The notes under the pieces are model-generated. The model did not search any database. It was not told the origin of the DNA and saw only the letters and a program-made list of their open reading frames with translations. Made by a program: the position numbers and the translations under genes. Of a DNA stretch of 62,999 nucleotides, positions 1 to 8,806 are shown in pieces. The stretch's first letter is position 1. Every line of letters begins with the position of its first letter. This DNA comes from Bacteroidales bacterium (GTDB taxonomy: Bacteria > Bacteroidota > Bacteroidia > Bacteroidales > UBA10428): NCBI GenBank assembly GCA_016926375.1, contig JAFGOR010000289.1, positions 1 through 62,999 on the forward strand, in the 5' to 3' direction.

Positions 1-70
1 GAGCTATGAGCTATGAGCTATGAGCTATGAACTTCGAGCTATGAGCTATGAGCTTCGAGCTATGAGCCAA
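1..70. repeat. Tandem heptanucleotide array of 10 units (consensus GAGCTAT), truncated by the window edge
   Basis: Read directly in strict 7-nt register from base 1: GAGCTAT x4, GAACTTC, GAGCTAT x2, GAGCTTC, GAGCTAT, GAGCCAA. The reverse complement reads as CTCATAG/CTCGAAG units, the same family as 134-175 and 31171-31303. Confidence 0.9.
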
Positions 71-133
71 TACCTGCCTGCAGGCCAGGAAGGAACCAAG
101 GCAGTGGGCAGTAGCAATCAGGTTACATTGCAT

Positions 134-175
134 CTCTTTGCTCGAAGCACATAGCTCGAAGCTCACAGCTCGAAG
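134..175. repeat. Tandem heptanucleotide array of 6 units (CTCNNAG type), inverted relative to array 1-70
   Basis: Units are CTCTTTG, CTCGAAG, CACATAG, CTCGAAG, CTCACAG, CTCGAAG. Bases 151-171 (ATAGCTCGAAGCTCACAGCTC) are 20/21 complementary to bases 43-63, giving a long stem with an 87-nt loop. The array lies just 3' of the rlmI stop codon. Confidence 0.85.
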
Positions 176-215
176 CTGGTTTCAAACTGTATGAATTGTT
201 TGCCTTCAGATTCTA

Positions 216-1403
216 CTACTCCACCTGCAGCACCAATCCTTTTAAATATTCTCCTTCGGGGTGATAAATGCTGACGGGATGGTCGGGCGGCTGTGTCAGC
301 TGGTGCAGAATGCGGACATGCCTGCCTGTGTTGGCGGCTGCGGCAAAAACCGACTTCCGGAAATTCTCCCTGGTGACCACTTGTGAACAGGAAAAGGTAA
401 AAAGTATACCACCCGGGCGAATCTGCTCGATAGCTTTGGCATTCAAACGCTTATAACCCTGAAGGGCATTATTCAGTGCATCCTGGTGCTTGGCGAATGC
501 CGGAGGGTCCAGGATGATTACGTCATAGGCATCCCTGATGTTATTCATAAAGGCAAAAGCATCGGTAGTAACTGAAAGGTGGCGTTTGTCGTCAAAACCA
601 TTCAGCAGCACGTTCTTTGATGTAAGTTCCATGGCCTGTGCAGAGCTGTCGACCGAATGTACAAGAGTAGCGCCGGCCTTCAGTGCATATACCGAAAAAC
701 CACCTGTGTAGCAGAATACGTTTAGTACCTGTTTGTCTTTTACATACCTGGTTAACAACTGGCGGTTCTCACGCTGATCAATGAAAAAACCGGTTTTTTG
801 TCCAGTTACCGCATCAATTCGGAACAGGCACCCGGTTTCGCAGATGTCAATTGATTGTTGATTGCCGTAAAGAAACCCGTTTTTGGCGCCCAGGTTGGCT
901 TTGAAAGGAACAGTGGATTCACTTTTATCGTAAATGGCCACCAGGTTGGGGCCATAAAGCTCCTGAATCACTCCGGCAATGGTTTCGCGAATCCTGTACA
1001 TACCTACAGAGTGCATCTGCATTACAACCAGTCCGTTGTAAAAATCAATAATCAATCCGGGTGCTCCGTCGCCCTCGCCATGTAGCAAGCGGTACACATT
1101 ATTCTCAGGGTTATCCGTAAGGTTAAGAGATTTGCGCAGGTTATATGCATTCAGTATTTTCTCTTTCCAGAAACCACAATCCGGATTCACCTGCCGGAAC
1201 GAAAACAGCCTCACCATAATGGATCCTATCTGGTAATGTCCGGTGGCCAGGTATTCACCTTCGTGTGAAAAAACTTCCACCACATCTCCTTCGGCCGGAG
1301 ATCCGTCGATTCGCCTGATGGCTCCCGAGAATATCCAGGGATGCAGGCGCATAACCGACTGTTCTTTTCCTGGCTTTAGTATGATCTTCACAAAGTTTTC
1401 CAT
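216..1403 (-). CDS. rlmI: 23S rRNA (cytosine1962-C5)-methyltransferase, RlmI/YccW family
   Basis: 395-aa ORF. An N-terminal PUA-like segment (RLHPWIFSGAI) is followed by class I SAM-methyltransferase motifs (VLNVFCYTGGFS, VIILDPPAFA). Confidence 0.85.
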   Translation of the reverse strand: MENFVKIILKPGKEQSVMRLHPWIFSGAIRRIDGSPAEGDVVEVFSHEGEYLATGHYQIGSIMVRLFSFRQVNPDCGFWKEKILNAYNLRKSLNLTDNPENNVYRLLHGEGDGAPGLIIDFYNGLVVMQMHSVGMYRIRETIAGVIQELYGPNLVAIYDKSESTVPFKANLGAKNGFLYGNQQSIDICETGCLFRIDAVTGQKTGFFIDQRENRQLLTRYVKDKQVLNVFCYTGGFSVYALKAGATLVHSVDSSAQAMELTSKNVLLNGFDDKRHLSVTTDAFAFMNNIRDAYDVIILDPPAFAKHQDALNNALQGYKRLNAKAIEQIRPGGILFTFSCSQVVTRENFRKSVFAAAANTGRHVRILHQLTQPPDHPVSIYHPEGEYLKGLVLQVE

Positions 1404-1424
1404 GTGGTTGTCTCAGGTCATATT

Positions 1425-2015
1425 TTAGTGGTGGTTGCTCAATACTTCAAACATTTGCCTGCATACCCAGGCATCAGTTGCAGCATATTCAAGCTGCTCC
1501 CGGGTAAGTACTTCCTGTTCCCAATTCGATGTCTGAGACTTCTTGGATATCCTGAATTTCAAAATATTGGCAACCAGCTTCTTCAACCCGTTATCTTCAA
1601 TGCCAAATTGTTTGACAAACTGTTGCAGATCAATAAATCCGTCGGGTTCAAAAGGAACTATTTTGTTCAGTCCGTTCAAATCGTCCTTAAGAGCAACACC
1701 CACTTTGGTGATGTTTGGGTCTTCCAGAATATCGATAATGAACTCAGGCAGGTGTACTCTGTTCAGTCTGATTAAAAAGGCCTGTTCCCGGGTAGAAATT
1801 TGAAGCAGTGCAACCGGGTGGTAATGTCCTTTTTTGAAGCAGGGTTTGGTTTCAGTATCAAATCCCAGCAAGGTTTCATGGGCCAGCAGGGGTTTGACTA
1901 TTTCAAAATCCGTATAATGGTCGATTACGTGAATAACTCCGGGAAAACTGATAACAGGCAGTGACCTTACATATTCATCTTCGATATTGGCAAAATAACC
2001 ATTGTCATTCATCAT
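1425..2015 (-). CDS. 3'-5' exonuclease domain protein (DnaQ/RNase D-like)
   Basis: Track ORF is 1425..2087. Exonuclease motifs LLGFDTETKP and YAATDAW are present. The start is moved to the ATG at 2015 (MMNDNG...), which reduces the overlap with the upstream gene to 11 nt. Confidence 0.8.
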   Translation of the reverse strand: MMNDNGYFANIEDEYVRSLPVISFPGVIHVIDHYTDFEIVKPLLAHETLLGFDTETKPCFKKGHYHPVALLQISTREQAFLIRLNRVHLPEFIIDILEDPNITKVGVALKDDLNGLNKIVPFEPDGFIDLQQFVKQFGIEDNGLKKLVANILKFRISKKSQTSNWEQEVLTREQLEYAATDAWVCRQMFEVLSNHH

Positions 2016-2616
2016 CTCCGTAAACCTCTTCTTGATCATCCGAGTACCAGGGCTCTTCCTCATTTTCAGCAGGCTCAAAATCATCACTCTGAATGGCCCT
2101 GGAACCAGTTCTCACTTTGTTATATATCAATTCATGCAGCAATTTCAAACTTTCAATCAATTTCAATCCGAAACCCGACTGAAAACCTTTATGACAAACC
2201 CAAACGGCATCGTTCATTGCCTGGGGCAAACCTACCTCGTAAAGCTTAACGAAATTCTTAAGCGCTTCATACAGATCTGTAAAACTTTCCGCCATCCTGA
2301 AGCTGATAAGTTCAGGTTGGTTGGGAAGGGAACCGGGAGACATACCGGTAATGCCGTTAAAAAGATCGAATTTCTGTTGCAGGGCATCATGAACGCGTGC
2401 ATAATCATCTTCCCTGACAAAGGTGGTGGGTTCTTCCTCATAGCAATATTTCGGCTTGGGCAAACCGGTTGCCTTCAGATACAACATGGGCAACACATGT
2501 TGCAGCTCACTGAACAACTCTCCTGTTCTCATTTTGGAGGCGTTTTCCAGAAGCCGGCAGAAATCACCGGCCGCCAAAACAAAGTCTTTCACCTGCTGAC
2601 CCTTAATATCTTCCAT
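2005..2616 (-). CDS. DUF5063 domain protein
   Basis: 203-aa ORF with an acidic C-terminus. The pattern (LPMLYLKA..LP, FTDLYEALKNF, DAVW.C...F...FG..L...L..LH) matches my recollection of the DUF5063 family. A -7 box lies 31 nt upstream. Confidence 0.7.
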   Translation of the reverse strand: MEDIKGQQVKDFVLAAGDFCRLLENASKMRTGELFSELQHVLPMLYLKATGLPKPKYCYEEEPTTFVREDDYARVHDALQQKFDLFNGITGMSPGSLPNQPELISFRMAESFTDLYEALKNFVKLYEVGLPQAMNDAVWVCHKGFQSGFGLKLIESLKLLHELIYNKVRTGSRAIQSDDFEPAENEEEPWYSDDQEEVYGDDE

Positions 2617-2646
2617 AATCTTTTAAAATTTGATTAAAAGACAAGA

Positions 2647-2654
2647 CAAAGGTA
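2647..2654 (-). promoter_or_regulatory. Candidate Bacteroidota -7 promoter box (TAnnTTTG) for the DUF5063/exonuclease/rlmI unit
   Basis: The minus strand reads TACCTTTG, 31 nt upstream of the ATG at 2616. Confidence 0.4.
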
Positions 2655-2709
2655 ATATTTCTCAAATTAAAGGTAGCAAAAGTTCAAAAGTTACTGGTAT
2701 TACTGTTAA

Positions 2710-4272
2710 TCAATTATTACTGTTATGCTGCTCCTGGCCGCTTTCTTCCTTTTTTTCAGCCTGAGCTCTTTGCAACCTGATAATTGCCTGCTCCAGCGAT
2801 TCCTCCGGAGTGATAAAATTATATTCACCCCAAAAGGTTTCATCATAAGCACCCAGCTGATCCGAAAAAAACTCGTTAAGCCTGGCTGTCTGGCGTTGCG
2901 GAAACCTATCGGCATTCAAGGTGTCAATATCGGTAACCACCATTTCCAGTTTGGTGCCATAGGTTGATCCTGTTAACTGGCGCCTTTTTCTGATACGAAA
3001 TTCCGTTTCAGCCTGAATCAGGTTAAGATAATACTTACTTCCTGATTTACGGAAGGCTACTTTATATTGTGCATTGAGGACTCTGACAACCAGTTTGGCA
3101 GGTTTTTTAACTATGAAGAGTTTGGTAGCCTGAGCAAGCCTTTCGGGACTGATGTAAAATTCCACCCATCTGAATGCCATATCCCGGGTATCAATAATGA
3201 TTCTTCCGGCATAGATTGCATCTGAACCCGATCTGGGTGAGAATTCTACAGCATAGTAATCTCTTCCCTCGTCAATTACGATATCGGCCAGTTTGAAATT
3301 GTAATCATTCAGGGATTCAGGAGTAAGGAATTCAGGCCTGTTCTGCACTACATCAAGCAGAAGCATGGTACCAAGTCCCGCTTTCAGCTTGAGCATAATG
3401 GTATCCTGCCTGTCCAGATCATCACTTTTGCGACCTTTCAGAATCTTAACCTGGTCGGTACCCAATCCGGTGTAGCTCGATTTGAAATTCTCAAGTACAG
3501 CTTCAGAAACTGTCAGATAGCGGTTACCGCGTTTGACTGTTTCGCGGTAAAATGAAGTGAGCACAGCAGGGTGTTGCGGGTAATTCCGTCTGATGCTGCC
3601 GGAGGCATTTTGCAACAGCGAAACAGGATCAATTTTACGAATGATAACTTCCTGTATAGATACCACATCAGGTTTCAGAACATAATCCGTGTTGCTGTTC
3701 ACCAATGAGGCCACCGGTGAGGCAAAATCCTTGTAACCAATAGAAGAAACAACAAGGGTTTCTCCTATTTCGGAGGAACTTAGTTTGAGCAGGAATTCTC
3801 CCTCCTCGTTGCTTATGGTTCCGATACTTTTACCCCGAAGATAAATACTGGAAAACGGCAGGGGGAGTCCGTCCTTTCGGTCAAGAACCCTGCCCCTGAT
3901 TTCGAAAAAGTAAACCGAATCGATTTTGCTTTCGGGATTTATGGACCGTGTTCTGACCGGACGGTAGATGACCAGGTGTCGCCCTATTATGCTGTATTCA
4001 AGACCAGCGTCGTCGGTTATCTCCCTGAGGATGTCGATGAGCTTTTCCTGCCTGGCGCTGAGCAGGATTGTTTTTTTCTTGTTGATCAGCCCGGTATTAT
4101 ACGAAAAAGAAAGGCGGGTTTGTTTTTCAATGATCCTAAGCGCATGCTCAACAGTGCATAAGGTATCCCTGATGGTAATTCTCTGATACAGCAGAGAATC
4201 CTGCGCAGTCAGAGGAGGTAAGAAGATAAACAGCCAGAGGAATAATGTTAGACGCCTGCCCGTTGTTAACAT
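2710..4272 (-). CDS. Secreted protein with STN signalling domain, CarboxypepD_reg domain and an unassigned ~300-aa C-terminal domain; no plug or barrel seen
   Basis: Signal peptide (..LPPLTA/QD). Residues ~31-103 (ITIRDTLCTVEHALRIIEKQTRLSFSYNTGL...LEYSIIGRHLVIY) match the STN domain of TonB-dependent transducers. Residues ~123-205 (IRGRVLD...GLPLPFSSIYL..SIGTISNEEGEF) are CarboxypepD_reg-like. The remainder is paralogous to the 5993-7300 product. Confidence 0.7.
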   Translation of the reverse strand: MLTTGRRLTLFLWLFIFLPPLTAQDSLLYQRITIRDTLCTVEHALRIIEKQTRLSFSYNTGLINKKKTILLSARQEKLIDILREITDDAGLEYSIIGRHLVIYRPVRTRSINPESKIDSVYFFEIRGRVLDRKDGLPLPFSSIYLRGKSIGTISNEEGEFLLKLSSSEIGETLVVSSIGYKDFASPVASLVNSNTDYVLKPDVVSIQEVIIRKIDPVSLLQNASGSIRRNYPQHPAVLTSFYRETVKRGNRYLTVSEAVLENFKSSYTGLGTDQVKILKGRKSDDLDRQDTIMLKLKAGLGTMLLLDVVQNRPEFLTPESLNDYNFKLADIVIDEGRDYYAVEFSPRSGSDAIYAGRIIIDTRDMAFRWVEFYISPERLAQATKLFIVKKPAKLVVRVLNAQYKVAFRKSGSKYYLNLIQAETEFRIRKRRQLTGSTYGTKLEMVVTDIDTLNADRFPQRQTARLNEFFSDQLGAYDETFWGEYNFITPEESLEQAIIRLQRAQAEKKEESGQEQHNSNN

Positions 4273-4283
4273 GATTTAGTTAT

Positions 4284-5288
4284 TTACCGTGAAAGGTAAA
4301 TCGTATCATCTGATTTTGCAATTTTCAGATGATTTTGCGTGCAAATTATCTGCAGTATGTGGTCCAGGGGATCATTCTGATACGATCCTTCAATGCGGGT
4401 GGTATCAATACCCGGTTCGCGGATCACAATACGCACATTGTAAATTTCATTCAAAACTGCAGCTACATCATTCAGCCGGGTAGCATGGAAGGTGAGGTCA
4501 CCGGTTTTCCAGGCCAGGCAGTTTGCATCGCCTTTGCTGGTCACGCTGACATTTCTGTTATTGATCATCCCTGCGTTTCCCGGATGCAGCAGTACCTTGT
4601 TGTTCCGATCGGTCATTTCTGAAAGTTCCACAACACCCGAAGTAACATAAACCTCCACCTTGTTCTTCGCGTCGTTTGCATCAACATTGAAACTTGTTCC
4701 CAACACTTTGATTTGTGCATTATTGGCGTAAATAACAAACGGTTTGTGCTTATCGGGAGTCACCTCAAAATAAGCTTCGCCTTTAAGGTCAATTTCCCTG
4801 GATTTCTTACCGAATTGGTTTGAATAACTGACAGATGAAGCGGAATTTAAAATTATTACGGAGCCATCGGGCAGCGATATTTCCTTTCCCTTTTCATTAA
4901 ATGAAGTTGCCACGCTCACCGTGCGGGTTTGACTGGTAACAAATAGTAAAACAGCACCAACAGCTGCCAGTAACAGAAATGAAGCAGCAATACGAAGAAA
5001 GGCAGGAAATCTGTTTACAGACTTCCGTGATTCCTGAATCTCATCCGGTAAAACAATTTCCTTCTTATCCAGAATTCTGCTTTGAAGTTTATTCCAGGCA
5101 TTATCCACATCAAATCTCTTGTTCATCATATCCATCTTATTCCAGTCAGTTTTTATCTCGTTATATAGCGACTGGTTACCGGGATTTTTCCCGATCCAAT
5201 CCATCACTTCGCGAACTTCCTTTTCGCCGGCCTCACCGGCCATGTATTTAGCCAAAAGGTTCCAGTCGGTTTTATTTCTTGTAAACAT
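4284..5288 (-). CDS. FecR-family anti-sigma factor
   Basis: 334 aa. Short cytoplasmic N-terminus, one TM segment (FLRIAASFLLLAAVGAVLLFV), a periplasmic FecR domain, and a DUF4974-like C-terminus (LTFHATRLNDVAAVLNEIYNVRIV...). It lies immediately downstream of the ECF sigma gene. Confidence 0.9.
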   Translation of the reverse strand: MFTRNKTDWNLLAKYMAGEAGEKEVREVMDWIGKNPGNQSLYNEIKTDWNKMDMMNKRFDVDNAWNKLQSRILDKKEIVLPDEIQESRKSVNRFPAFLRIAASFLLLAAVGAVLLFVTSQTRTVSVATSFNEKGKEISLPDGSVIILNSASSVSYSNQFGKKSREIDLKGEAYFEVTPDKHKPFVIYANNAQIKVLGTSFNVDANDAKNKVEVYVTSGVVELSEMTDRNNKVLLHPGNAGMINNRNVSVTSKGDANCLAWKTGDLTFHATRLNDVAAVLNEIYNVRIVIREPGIDTTRIEGSYQNDPLDHILQIICTQNHLKIAKSDDTIYLSR

Positions 5289-5302
5289 GGCGCTGCAATT
5301 TT

Positions 5303-5908
5303 TTATGCAATTTCAACATAATTTTTCAGGTTCTTCCGGAGCATTTTCAGTGCTTTTCCCATATTAGCCTCTACGGTTTTTACCGATATGGATAATTTCA
5401 GGGCAATTTCCTGATATTTCAAACCTTCAAATCGATTCATCCTGAATATCCTGCCGCATCTTTCGGGAAGGGAATCGAGCGTATTTTCAATGATTACCTG
5501 CATCTCATGCACATCTGCAGAATGCTGAGGTTCGCTGTCGACTTCCGATTCATGCATCAGGTAATAATTTTTATACCTGGATTCCACATTGCGGTGTTCA
5601 ATGAACTTAAGGCAACGGTTGTGAACAGCAGAATACAAGTATGATTTCACCGAAGAAGTAATCTGAAGTTCTTCTCTTCGTTCCCACAACTTGTAAAAGA
5701 GGTCCTGGACAATTTCCTCGGCCGTTTCCGGATTGTTGACAAACCTGTATGCATAAGCACAAAGCATCTGGTAATATTGTCTGAACAATACTTCAAACGA
5801 TTGCAAATCCTGAAAAGGAAATTGCATTTCGGTACTGGTCTTAAGTGTCTTGCCCATTATGGGTTCCTCAATCTTCATCTTATCAAGGATCGTAAAGTTA
5901 CTATTCAC
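5303..5908 (-). CDS. RNA polymerase ECF-type sigma-70 factor
   Basis: Region 2 (FEVLFRQYYQMLCAYAYRFV..AEEIVQDLFYKLWE) and region 4 (YQEIALKLSISVKTVEANMGKALKML) are present. The maximal ORF starts at a GTG. In-frame ATGs at 5878, 5857 or 5827 are more likely true starts. Confidence 0.9.
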   Translation of the reverse strand: MNSNFTILDKMKIEEPIMGKTLKTSTEMQFPFQDLQSFEVLFRQYYQMLCAYAYRFVNNPETAEEIVQDLFYKLWERREELQITSSVKSYLYSAVHNRCLKFIEHRNVESRYKNYYLMHESEVDSEPQHSADVHEMQVIIENTLDSLPERCGRIFRMNRFEGLKYQEIALKLSISVKTVEANMGKALKMLRKNLKNYVEIA

Positions 5909-5943
5909 ACCCGAATATTCACAGACATTTGAAATAAATCATC

Positions 5944-5971
5944 CCGCATGGCCCCAAGGATGACCATGCGG
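5944..5971 (-). terminator. GC-rich stem-loop between the paralog-A gene and the sigma gene; possible intrinsic terminator or attenuator
   Basis: CCGCATGG (5944-5951) pairs with CCATGCGG (5964-5971), an 8-bp stem with a 12-nt loop. On the minus strand it is followed by GATGATTTATTTC, which is only moderately U-rich. Confidence 0.35.
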
Positions 5972-5992
5972 TGATGATGATTGTATGTATTG

Positions 5993-7300
5993 CTAATTCC
6001 CCTCAATAGTTTCCCACCTGAGTTTTTTGTTAAGCTTATGGATGATGTTTTCGATTGATTCTTCGGGCTTGATGTAATTGTATTCACCCCAGAAATTCTC
6101 ATCCTTGTAAGCGGTAACTTTATCAGTAAATATATCAGTCTGTTTAGCCTGATCCCTGTATCTGGCTTTGTTGATGTTGTCTGTATTCCTGTCGGTCACA
6201 GCCATTTCCAATGCAGCGGTATAGGTGGCATTGTAGCGTTGTTTCTTCCAGTTGCATTTGAAAACCAATTCAGATCTTACATGATTCAGGTACCATTTTT
6301 CATCAATTACCCTGTAGTTGATCATGTAATCGGCAGCAAGAACATCAATCTTCAGATCCATGGGTTTTTTGCGTACCAGTTCATTGTCAGCAATTTTCAG
6401 AGCTTCATCGCTGAACGAAAAGTCAATGCGGGAAAATGCCATATTCTTGGTGTCCAAATAAATGGTTCCCTTATAGAGGGGCAATTCCACGTCAGGCCGC
6501 TGATCAAATTCAATCACATAGTTGTCGCGTCCGTCAATGCTGGCAAAGCCTGCGAATTTGAATATGTATTTCTCAAAGTACTCTTCTGAAAGAATTTCGC
6601 CTGGATTTTTAACCATGTCGAGCAGGAAACTTGTTCTCGGCCCCCCCTGAAGTTTGAACATCAGCGTATCCATTTTTTTGACATCCTCACTCTTACGGCC
6701 TCTGAAAATCTTCACACGGTCATAATCAAAGAGGCTGTTGTAGGGCGATTTATATACATCAAGAACAGCTTCTGCAACGGCTACATAGTTTTTATTCTGC
6801 TTAACCGTCTCACGATAAAACCCCACCTGCATTTCAGGATCGTTGTTGTAGTTTTCATGGATGCGCCTGTATGCCATCTTCAGCAATTCAACCGGATCAT
6901 CACTTCGGATAACTACCTGTTCGAGAGGTGTGGCAGCAAGTTCAAGTTTGATAAGATTCTCCTTACTGTCCAGCTCGGCAAAACTGATGACCAGGTTTTT
7001 ATATCCCAGGTTTGATATACCAATCTTGCGGTTCATTTCACCAACAGGAACCTTCAGTATAAACTCTCCTTCGGCGTTGGTTACGGTACCCAGACTGCTG
7101 CCAATCAGGTAAACATTGGCAAAAGGTACAGGTTTTCTGCTAGCCTTGTCTACTACCTTGCCGGTAAATGTTTTAAAGGTTGTATCGCCGGCTGCTTTTC
7201 CCGGGCCCCAAAAGGAGCCGCTGGCCTGCATCGAGGAAAATGCCATCATCATAAGCATCAATGCAAGACCCTTCACTGCGTTATTAATTGTTGTTTTCAT
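5993..7300 (-). CDS. CarboxypepD_reg domain protein; STN-less paralog of the 2710-4272 product
   Basis: 435 aa with a signal peptide and a CarboxypepD_reg segment (FTGKVVD...PVPFANVYL..SLGTVTNAEGEF). Motifs shared with the paralog: FYRETVK, EAVL(D/E), KI(F/L)(R/K)GRKS(E/D)D, FWGEYN(Y/F)I(K/T)PEES. Confidence 0.7.
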   Translation of the reverse strand: MKTTINNAVKGLALMLMMMAFSSMQASGSFWGPGKAAGDTTFKTFTGKVVDKASRKPVPFANVYLIGSSLGTVTNAEGEFILKVPVGEMNRKIGISNLGYKNLVISFAELDSKENLIKLELAATPLEQVVIRSDDPVELLKMAYRRIHENYNNDPEMQVGFYRETVKQNKNYVAVAEAVLDVYKSPYNSLFDYDRVKIFRGRKSEDVKKMDTLMFKLQGGPRTSFLLDMVKNPGEILSEEYFEKYIFKFAGFASIDGRDNYVIEFDQRPDVELPLYKGTIYLDTKNMAFSRIDFSFSDEALKIADNELVRKKPMDLKIDVLAADYMINYRVIDEKWYLNHVRSELVFKCNWKKQRYNATYTAALEMAVTDRNTDNINKARYRDQAKQTDIFTDKVTAYKDENFWGEYNYIKPEESIENIIHKLNKKLRWETIEGN

Positions 7301-7500
7301 GACCTTATATATTGTATGGTTAGTAACTTTTAATTTTTTTCAATGGTAATTCAATTCAGTTTTGGTTTGAAAAGCTTTTCTGATATTAAGACACGATGTG
7401 CAAAGCATACCCTATGCTCAGGCATGAAAAAAAAAGCACTTGAGCCAGAAAACGCTTATTCCGGGCTGCCTGGCAATCAACTTTTTGTTGGTTTAAAGTT

Positions 7501-8790
7501 TCAATTCAGGTCTTTATCCCCTTTGATGATCAGGTTGCGGTACCAGAAAACCTGGTATGAAACCGCCAGAAGGCTGATTAATGCATAAAGGCCCACAGAG
7601 AGATACACATTGTCCATTAGTATTCCTGCACTCAGGGCAGCGATCCGGAAAGCCAGGTATACCAGATAAATAAGAAGTGAAGTAAGCTGCCTGCCATAAA
7701 CATTGGGAACAAAACCCAGTGATCCGCTCATCATGGCACCAATGGCATAAGGAATCAGGAAACGGCTGAAATGGCCGGCATCAGTCCACTGATCGCCCAG
7801 GTAAATTCCAATAATCCAGGGTATGAGCACCATCAGAACAATTCCCGGTAAAACCGAAAATGAGAGAATCTTATTGATGAATTTCCTGATAAACGGCCAA
7901 ACCGGAACTCCGGATTGCCTCATCTCAAGAGTTTTCTTCATAAGCACCTGGTTGAACGAATTGCAAAAAGCGTTAACAGGTGTAAAAAGAAGTGCTAAAG
8001 CAACCGAAAACTGCCCGATGATGTCATTGGAGAAGTAAAAAGCAAACATATAAATGGGCAGGTTGCTCGAAAATGTGTTCAACAGGGCATTGATCATATA
8101 GAATTTGGGAAAGCCCGAATAAATGACGGCTGTTTCAAGAGCTGCTTCGGTTCTTGTTTCAAAAACCGGGGGATTAGGACTCCGTCTGACCCGTAAGGAG
8201 GTATATACAATGGTGAGTACCTGGGCCGCCACAAAGGCTATGAGCAGTCCATCACGCACATTAAGGAATCCGAAAGCCAGTTTCAAAACCGATGTCAGCA
8301 GGCTCAGAACAAGAGTGGAACCGGCAATAATGGTAAACATCTTATGACGCAGGCTCCATCCATTAATCAGCTGAAGGCAGGATGTGCTGAAAACCGTTAT
8401 GGCCAAAACAAAAAACCAGTTGTTAACCTGAGACCCGAAACTAAAAGAAGTACCCATTTGTTTAACAAGAAATACAACCGGGAGAATAAGAAATGAAACT
8501 CCAAGGGCTATTCTCGCACCAATATTGAAAAGGTGAATGGCCTGATCATTGTTTTTGGGAATGGCAATAGCCTGATCGTATTTTCCGGTAGATATGGATG
8601 CCAGCAGACTGTGGATGCTGACTATTATGGCCAACTGGCCAAAAGCATCCGTTGAATAAAGACGGGAGATAAAGGGATAAACGAGAAATGGGAACAATTG
8701 GGCAAGTCCGTTGCTGCTCAGTAAATACAGCACGTTTTTTAATAATTCGCTGTTTCTTATTTTCAGCAGGAGGCCACGGAATGGTATCAT
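7501..8790 (-). CDS. Oligosaccharide/polysaccharide flippase (Wzx-like, MOP superfamily)
   Basis: 429-aa polytopic membrane protein with about 12 hydrophobic segments. The N-terminal pattern (LLKNVLYLLSSNGLAQLFPFLVYPFISRLYS...FG) is typical of polysaccharide biosynthesis flippases. Confidence 0.7.
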   Translation of the reverse strand: MIPFRGLLLKIRNSELLKNVLYLLSSNGLAQLFPFLVYPFISRLYSTDAFGQLAIIVSIHSLLASISTGKYDQAIAIPKNNDQAIHLFNIGARIALGVSFLILPVVFLVKQMGTSFSFGSQVNNWFFVLAITVFSTSCLQLINGWSLRHKMFTIIAGSTLVLSLLTSVLKLAFGFLNVRDGLLIAFVAAQVLTIVYTSLRVRRSPNPPVFETRTEAALETAVIYSGFPKFYMINALLNTFSSNLPIYMFAFYFSNDIIGQFSVALALLFTPVNAFCNSFNQVLMKKTLEMRQSGVPVWPFIRKFINKILSFSVLPGIVLMVLIPWIIGIYLGDQWTDAGHFSRFLIPYAIGAMMSGSLGFVPNVYGRQLTSLLIYLVYLAFRIAALSAGILMDNVYLSVGLYALISLLAVSYQVFWYRNLIIKGDKDLN

Positions 8791-8806
8791 GGATCAAACA
8801 ACAAAG

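Noticed and set aside
2002-2637. 211-aa plus-strand ORF that mirrors the whole DUF5063 gene
   Set aside because: The minus-strand product has a recognisable DUF5063 pattern, operon context and a -7 box. The plus-strand product is low-complexity with no recognisable motifs. It is a typical shadow ORF.
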